Shown: piece by piece, positions 1-6,327 of the stretch
How the letters are laid out: each line of letters starts with the position of its first letter
Position numbering within the stretch: position 1 is the first letter of the stretch
NCBI GenBank assembly: GCA_030704615.1
Contig: JAKLZA010000336.1
Span: 1 to 6,327 of the forward strand
From: Takakia lepidozioides
Lineage: Eukaryota; Plantae; Bryophyta
DNA length: 6,327 nucleotides
Reading direction: 5' to 3'
Made by a program: the position numbers and the translations under genes
The notes under the pieces: generated by a model
Told to the model about the DNA's origin: nothing
Seen by the model: only the letters and a program-made list of their open reading frames with translations
Database searches by the model: none

Positions 1-824
1 ATATGCCTCTTCCGTCCTTCTGTACTCATCTTTTTTTAGTTTGTCTTCTTCTTACGGTTGAGGGCGGCAGCACCCTCCTCCGGTATACCAATCTAGATCA
101 CGGTCGATCCCATTGCCTTCGCTGCATCAATACGTCCCCAACATCTGTAGGCGGGAAATCCTCCAGGACTGAGCTTCAGCTTGTGGAAGCGGTTTTGCGG
201 GAGATTGTTCGCTCCCGTCGCCCTGATTGCCTTCTGCTTCCTCATCCTTGCAGGTGAAGGTGTCTGCTGCAATTGATCGTCTTCTACCACCACTCTGCTT
301 TTTGTTCTTCGTTCGCGTTGGGGGGGTGAATCGGCCTGACCGGTTCAGAAGCCAGTAGAGGGACGGGTTGCTTCTTCTTCGACTTTGCTGGAGAAGGGCC
401 CGACCCCGCTGGCGATTCTCCATGACCGAAGAACGCGAGTTCGATCTCTGGGGCTTTGAACGTGCCCTTCGAAGACGCGTCTTTGAATCGCACAGGGCTA
501 GGCCCGGCAGGAATACCCGCGCTCGGGGGATCGGTGGGTGTACGTGCTGCGCTAGCCTCCTCGGACTCTTCCTGCGGCTCTTGGATTCCTGCGATCCCTC
601 CAGCACGTCCACCTTTCCTGTTATGCATGCAAACATGTTCTGCATTCAATCTCCTAGCATTCAGTCTACGAATTACAGAAGCAAAATGGGGGGTTCGGTG
701 CTCGATCAGCTGCGCGCAGCCCGATCGCATGGACTCTCACTGGTGGCTGGGTTGCCTGAGTGGCCTGCTGCTCGAAGATGGCAATCTCCTCCTGTAGACG
801 CATCTGCTTCCTCCCCTTCGGCAT
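1..824 (-). pseudogene. Possible degraded or spliced low-complexity coding region, divergent from the transposase; product unknown
   Basis: Overlapping minus-strand frames are rich in P/S/E/K. A candidate first exon 824..741 (MPKGRKQMRLQEEIAIFEQQATQATQPP) is followed by a GTGAGA donor at 740, and a CT-rich leader lies at about 915-1000 on the minus strand. No recognisable domain and no clean single frame. Confidence 0.25.
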
Positions 825-887
825 TGGCCTACGTCCGAAGTATATTTCCGGAGCTTGCGACGAGGTCTCCTGTCTGGTGCACGAACT

Positions 888-899
888 CCCCCCCCCCCC
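888..899 (+). repeat. C12 homopolymer
   Basis: Twelve consecutive C residues seen directly. Confidence 0.85.
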
Positions 900-1131
900 T
901 CTCAGGTTCGAGCATAAGAAGAACAGAGAGAGGGAAAAGGGCAAAGAGTGCAGATGGAAAGGGCGCGAGAGGGGTGACTGAGGAGACACGACAAAAGTAG
1001 ATGAAACGGCAGTGATGCACCACTTGGGTTCAAAAGGGTTGGACGAAAGTGTCTCCTCGTGGAGTTTGCGTCATTACGAAAATTCGAATCGTTCAGGGTA
1101 CGCCTGCCCGTCCGAAAAACAAACATCATTA

Positions 1132-1142
1132 TCCAACGGTCA
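1132..1142 (+). promoter_or_regulatory. MSA-like element TCCAACGGTCA
   Basis: Exact match to the plant M-specific activator consensus YCYAACGGYYA. It is a single short match and may be chance. Confidence 0.2.
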
Positions 1143-1264
1143 GGCCGCGCCGCCTCATGCCCCTTCAGTCAGATAGAGTGCCGACATGTGCAGCAATTCC
1201 GTTGCTGTCCCCTTCCCGCATTCTGTGAATTACATCACGCGCTACACATCCGTACTTTGTTGGA

Positions 1265-2905
1265 AGAAAATGCGGCACCGCATTTCCGTTCCACCTTCAC
1301 ATACCTAATTGTTGAACAGAAATACGGTGGCCCGCATTTCCGTCCCACAGCTCCTGTAGAGATTCAAAAGGGAAATAGGCGCGCATTTCCGTTTCTGGAA
1401 TGTCGAAAGGTGCGATTCGGACGGGAATGAGCACAACATTTCAGTTCCCGTGGTTCAGATTTTCAATGTGAACGGAAATGCGGTACCGCATTTCGTTCCC
1501 CCTTCACATACGTTAGTTGATGAATGGAAATGCCGTGCCACATTTCCGTTCGGGAAAGTATAGAGGTCTCACCTGGACAGAAATGCGGTGCCGCATTTCC
1601 GTCTCGAAAGTTTGAAGGTCTCACATGGATGGAAATGCGGCAACACATTTCCGCTAGCACAGCTCCAGGCCCCATATAAAACGGAAATGCGGCGCCGCAT
1701 TTCCGTTCTAGAATGTCGGAAGGTGCGACTCGGACGGAAATGCGGTGCCGCATTTCTGTTCCCGTTGCGCACGATTTTCAGTCAGAACGGAAATGCGGTA
1801 CCCGAATGCGTACCGCATTTCCGTTCTGTAGAGTATTAACGTCTGACGCTGGCGGAAATGCTGTCCGCATTTTCGTTCCACAGCTCCATGCCTCACATAC
1901 AAAACGGAAATGCGGCGCCGCATTTCCGTTTTGGAATGTCGGAAGGTGCGACTTCGACGGAAATGCGGTACCGCATTTCGTTCCGATGTTTCAGGATATT
2001 TCATCAGAACGGAAATGCGGTGCCGCATTTCTCTTTTGAATCTAATACATTCCGTTCTGAATGTTGGGAGGTGCGACTCGGATGGAAATGCGTGCCGCAT
2101 TTCAGTTCCGATGGTTCACGATTTTCAGTCAGAACGGAAATGCGGTACCGCATTTCCGTTCTGGAATGTTGATAGGTGCGACTCAGATGGAAATACGCTG
2201 CCGCATTTCAGTTCAGATGGTTCACGATTTTCAGTCAGAACGGAAATGCGGTACCGCATTTCCGTTCTGGATAGTATGAATGTCTCAGCGGTCGGAATTG
2301 CGCTGTATGAAGCTGTCGGAATCGCACTCGGCTCCATGCATCAGATACAAAATGGAAATGCGGCGCCGCATTTCCGTTCTGGAATGTCGGAAAGTGCGAC
2401 TCGGACAGAAATGCGGTGCCGCATTTCTGTTCCCGTTGTTCATAATTCTCAATCAGAACGGAAATGCGGTACCGCATTTCCGTTCCACCTTCACATACCG
2501 TGCTTGTTGGATGGAATGCGGTACCGCATTTCCGTTATGGAGAGTATGAATGTCTTTAAGGACGGAAATGTGCTGCCACATTTCTATCCCTCAGCTCCAT
2601 GCATCAGATACAAAATGGAAATGCGGCGCCGCATTTCCGTTCTGGAATGTCGGAAAAGTGCGACTCGGACGGAAATGCGGTGCCGCATTTCTGTTCCCGT
2701 TGTTCATAATTCTCAATCAGAACGGAAATGCGGTACCGCATTTCCGTTCCACCTTCACATACCGTGCTTGCTGGATGGAAATGCGTTACCGCATTTCCGT
2801 TCTGGAGAGTATAAAGGTTTCCCCCGGACGGAAACTCGGTGCCGCATTTCCGTCGCTCTGGTGCATGACCAAGATGCAATACGGAAATGCGGCGCCGTAT
2901 TTCCG
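1265..2905. repeat. Array of about 30 24-bp palindromes (CGGAAATGCGG-NN-CCGCATTTCCG) with ~29-bp spacers, 53-bp period and ~265-bp higher-order unit
   Basis: Palindrome starts read by eye: 1265, 1317, 1370, 1422, 1473, 1525, 1578, 1630, 1682, 1735, 1788, 1853, 1905, 1958, 2010, 2083, 2135, 2188, 2241, 2353, 2406, 2459, 2512, 2563, 2616, 2670, 2723, 2776, 2829, 2882. Perfect 34-bp palindromes occur at 1900-1933 and 2130-2163. Confidence 0.97.
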
Positions 2906-3333
2906 TCCACCAGCAATCGAAAGAATCACTCGGGACGGGAAATCTGGAACCTGAATGGGTTGCATTGTTCCGAAACAACACAATTGCGGCCAGTCTTGAT
3001 GAGCACAACTTGGTTGTCTGACCGTTTTAACTAACAGTACTGGCACTTGTCAGTGCGAACGTTCCTGTCTGCACCGAGAATACTGCTGGATCCACCCTCA
3101 GGAGAAACTGTCAGGAGATGTTATTTCGTCGCCGAATCGGCCATCATTGTCATACTTACTGGCTATGGAATCAAACCTCCCACCTTCATGCATGTAGCTT
3201 GAAACAATACTTTCCACTTCAATGTGCGACTTCCAATCGTCGATGGACTCCGCAGATCCACTTAGATGGTGCCTGTGAGCCTTGGTCTGTCGCTATACTG
3301 AACCTCGCACTTGCCAACTCCGTGCGGTGTTCG

Positions 3334-6327
3334 ATGGCTCCGAATTCCTACGCTATAGTTTGCTGTCCTCCGCAACTTGGGAGAGCCTGGATCCCAAACG
3401 AGGGAGGACTTTGCAGAGTGACTGAAACTTACCTTTGTTCCAAATTCAAGCTCAAACCGGGCACAGTTTATTTGGAAGAAGAAAGGAAGGATGTTCCTGG
3501 ACAGGTTGACGAGACCATTGTCGTGCTAGGTAACGACGGAGGTTGCGGAATCGAATGGCACGTTCCCCCGTCAGACACCATCCTGTACCGAGCTGTGGGA
3601 ATGCCCATTCCCTTTCCGAATCAGTCGCTGCCCACACCATCCACAAAGGAGTCCGGAAACCGAGAGGCGGCCACTGCCAACAGAGAGGTATGCAACGATA
3701 ATCATTCCCGACCTGGACCGTCAAGACCCTCCATAGCTTCTCGTGTGGACGTATTCGACATTTCCGACGAGGAAGATGATTGCATTGAGGTACCCATGTC
3801 CTCCACACGGTCGTTCAAATCCGGCATGGACGTCTCTGTAGGTGCTACGCATGTGCCCTCGAGCATAACTCCAACCCGGTCCATTGTGCAGCTCCTACGA
3901 CAACATCACCTCGATGGTTCTCGCTCCGAGCTGGCTGCTCTCGACTATGCCAAATTCCTAGTCAGAAAGGTAACTTTTCTGCCTCCCGAAGTCGATGGCA
4001 ATGTCATCTTCGAGTTTCCACCTGTTTCTTCGTCAAACAAAGCCTCCGGGATGTTAACAGACATGGATCGAAAGCATGACGGACACCCCTGGTGTGTGAC
4101 GAAGACCAGTAGCACAAAATTGCTGATGGTGTTCGTGTACGATATGTCCTCTGTGCGGGGAAGCTGAGGTGCCTCAATCCCACCTGCTTCCACTTTCTCT
4201 CCAAAGGAGGGCGGAGAAACGAGACGGATTGGACTGGCACAACGCATCATCCATTCATTGTCTCCAGCCAAGCTCCTGCGGGTTCTTTCAAGTGTGCACA
4301 TTGCAAAGAACCACCGACGTGCATGTCCATGTGCAGAGCCAAGCAATATTACGTTATCCATTTGCTCCCGGACTTGACTAGAGCTTGCATACACGTTGGG
4401 GTCCACTGCCACCCCTTGGCGAGAGGCAACATGCGTGAGGCTGTGCAGGAAGCACACGACATCATAAAAGAGGAGGTGAAATTGAGCCCCGGAGCCAGAC
4501 CAAAGCAGATTCAGCTGAAGGCAGCCCACAAGATTGCTCTTGGCAAAATCATGTCTGAAGATGGTTCCGACCGAGAGCCCTTGACCGAAGACGAGATGCG
4601 TGACCTCTTGGAGTCCGTCTCGCACGTTTGTAGTCCGAATGTGCGGAATCACATCGTATCTTGCAAGCAGGAGTTCGGCAGGGGGTCGGACATGTACTCA
4701 ATCCTGGAGGTGAAACGAATGACTGGATATGACTACATCCAAGGTAGCAGGTTTCCAGGGCAAGGCAGCGAATCCGATCGTTGTTACATTTTCAAAATGT
4801 CGACGTGTGGGCCTGGGAGTGGAGTCGACTTGGTCACTCGCATGACAACTGGAAACTTGTCGAATGCTTGGGTGATGTTTGATCACATCAAGCGAATTAC
4901 AAACCATCAGTGGGTGACTATGGGTGCGCATGTTTATGACTATCACTCCAAGAGGCTCATGACGATTGCAATCTGCGAGATGAAAGGGGAGGACACACAG
5001 TCCGAGATGCATCTGTGGGAGGGCATAAACCAGCAGATGGCAAGGGCGGGATTGCCAGAGCCCAATTTCAGGGGATTCATGGCAGACAACGCTCAGGCCA
5101 ACTGGGCAGCGGTGCGGCGTGTGTACGGTGAGGACCCCAATGTTCCAATGGAGGGGAAAGAGAGATCCTGTGGATTCCATTGGATGCAGAGTCTATCCCA
5201 CTACACTACCAAATTTGTTGCTAGCTCATTCCAGGCTGAACACCGTGTCCTTTGTACGGCGTGGAAGGATGCACCCACATTTGATGACGCGGAGGTTAAG
5301 TTTGCTATCATCGAGGCTTGGTGGAACACGTCAGGTGCAGTGGAGACAACCAATCTGGGAGCATTGCACAGCTGGTTGGGGTGGTGGCATTTTCGGTATC
5401 GACAGTTCGGACAGTACATGCGGGAGGTAGGCTGCTGTCAATTTCGTTCATTTGTCTTTCTGTTACGGACATTTCGATTGGTCCCTCACCATTGTTTGTG
5501 TCCTTCTAGGAGCGGTGCTTGGATTCCGACACGGACATGCCGAACACGAATATGGCAGAATCGGTCCACTCCTCCTGGCGAGCGTCTTCTGCCGCACATC
5601 TGGTGGACGTAGTGACGGCCACAACGGAGGACATCGACAGAGCAATCATGCAGCAAGCCACGTACTACAAGTTCCTGAGCGGCAAACAATGGGGCTTTGG
5701 GCCGGACAGGGAGGAATTGTTGGTACGAACAGCTTCGAGGTCCAAGAATCCAGTGAAATGGGCGACAGCATTGCGAGAGAAGATCAAAGGGACGCCTCTG
5801 CACCGCAGAGGTGAACACCTAGAGGGGGACGTCCGGACTCGCCCTGTCAGGCGGAGGATTGAAGAGGAACCCGGGTGCGAAGAGGATTCCTGGAGATCCG
5901 ACAGGAACATTCGGACAGCACCTCGAGGTCCCGTCATGTTGCCGCACAATGTGTCTTCCAGCAGTGGAAGCCCAAGAAATTCCAGATCGCCGTCGCCTTC
6001 AACCGGGGATTTCGTGCAAAAAATTCCCACCGCTCCCTTGCCCCACATTCCGCCCGCTATTATGCAGTATGGCCAAGCCATTGTGGAGACGACTGTGTCT
6101 GCATCACAGTGGAGAATTGCTCGCACAAAGCCGTCGTTTCGAGGAAGGTGTTCCGCAATTCGTGTGGATACACGACAACGTTGTTTAGAGATGATAAGGA
6201 GGAATCCAGATGGGGCTGTCCCTGCTCCTACTTTTACAGGAAGATTTGTCCATGCAAAGTTTGCGGAGGCGACAACCACCCAGTTCTGGTTCTGCAGGCA
6301 CGACATTATGACTTGCGTGTATGGAAA
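3334..6327 (+). CDS. Mutator-like (MULE-type) DDE transposase, 3' partial; join(3334..~4118, frameshift, ~4119..5426, 5510..>6327); one frameshift as given
   Basis: Manual translation gives D1 in WVMFDHIKR (GAT 4881-4883), D2 in FRGFMADNAQAN (GAC 5085-5087) and CxxH as ERSCGFHWMQSL (5169-5180). After splicing it gives PNTNMAESVHSSW (GAA 5558-5560), matching the MULE TNxxES motif. The frame from 5510 has no stop to the window end (272 codons). ATG 3334 (tcgATGGct) is the preferred start; an in-frame ATG at 3118 is also possible. Confidence 0.88.
4078..4415 (+). other. GCM-like (WRKY-GCM1 superfamily) two-zinc DNA-binding domain of the transposase
   Basis: Frame-corrected peptide: DGHPWCVTKTSSTK/IADGVRVRYVLCAGKLRCLNPTC...FKCAHCKEPPTCMSMCRAKQYYVIHLLPDLTRACIHVGVHCHP. 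Its spacing is C-x5-C-x4-C-x35-C-x2-C-x9-C-x23-H-x-H-P. The animal GCM domain, as I recall it, is C-x5-C-x3-C-x26-C-x2-C-x8-C-x26-H-x-H-P. Confidence 0.7.
4113..4121 (+). pseudogene. 1-bp frameshift in the transposase (inactivating mutation or sequence error)
   Basis: The frame of ORF 3118..4167 carries DGHPW and then stops at 4167. The frame of ORF 4323..5612 is open from 4113 (TAG at 4110-4112) and carries the Cys motif from 4152. One extra A in AAAA 4116-4119 gives STKIADG and fuses the two frames. Confidence 0.75.
5427..5509 (+). other. 83-bp phase-0 spliceosomal intron in the transposase
   Basis: Donor GAG|GTAGGC at 5426/5427, T-rich body, candidate branch site CCTCAC near 5484-5489, and acceptor TGTCCTTCTAG|G at 5509/5510. 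Removal joins QYMRE to ERCLDSDTDMPNTNMAES and supplies the third catalytic residue. Confidence 0.9.

Larger units (their letters stand above)
1265..6327 (+). mobile_element. Probable MULE/Foldback-like DNA transposon (repeat array plus transposase); ends not defined
   Basis: A MULE-type transposase lies about 430 bp downstream of a modular tandem array. Some Mutator-superfamily elements are known to carry long tandem-repeat terminal or subterminal regions. No second TIR or TSD is visible, so membership of the array in the element is inferred. Confidence 0.6.

Noticed and set aside
368-1000. 210-aa plus-strand ORF
   Set aside because: It has a non-ATG start, no recognisable domain, and runs through a C12 run and a purine tract. 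It is probably a chance or antisense ORF.
1000-1264. Left terminal inverted repeat or target-site duplication
   Set aside because: The other end of the element is outside the window, so no TIR or TSD pair can be shown.
1265-2905. CRISPR array (palindromic repeats with constant-length spacers)
   Set aside because: The spacers are not unique but recur cyclically as five types. There are no cas genes, the neighbouring gene is an intron-containing eukaryotic transposase, and the repeats are full dyads without a CRISPR-type loop or terminal motif.
1059-3046. Many overlapping ORFs, including 1910..3034 (374 aa)
   Set aside because: They are translations of the palindrome array, and the same peptides (EMRRRISV, RKCGTAFP, GNAVPHFR) appear in all six frames.
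3180-3188. CCACCTTCA match to spacer C as a possible guide target
   Set aside because: A 9-bp match is within chance expectation, and I noticed no longer spacer match outside the array.
3118-5612. ORFs 3118..4167 and 4323..5612 as two separate genes
   Set aside because: A continuous GCM-like domain spans their junction, and the tail of the second ORF is intron read-through.
3452-6306. Minus-strand and alternate-frame ORFs (3452..3808, 3945..4652, 4698..5180, 5452..5814, 5665..6306, 5859..6188 and others)
   Set aside because: They are shadows of the transposase frame and have no independent motifs.

Overview
This is eukaryotic DNA, shown by an 83-bp GT-AG intron inside a transposase gene. 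A non-seed land plant is my guess from recalled similar proteins, and it is unverified. The right half (about 3334 to the window end) is one Mutator-like (MULE-type) DDE transposase gene of at least ~970 aa. The ORF track splits it because of a 1-bp frameshift near 4116-4119, the intron at 5427-5509 and a last exon that runs off the window. Once the frame is restored, the protein has a two-zinc GCM-like DNA-binding domain, an intact D-D-CxxH-E core and a Cys-rich C-terminal module. Just upstream (1265-2905) is an array of about 30 palindromes, CGGAAATGCGG-NN-CCGCATTTCCG, spaced every 53 bp (about 5 helical turns). Five spacer types cycle in a ~265-bp higher-order unit. Each half-site contains ATGCGG, the first 6 bases of the animal GCM site ATGCGGGT, which suggests a transposase paired with its own phased binding array. 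The left ~1 kb looks like degraded or spliced minus-strand coding sequence, with low confidence.
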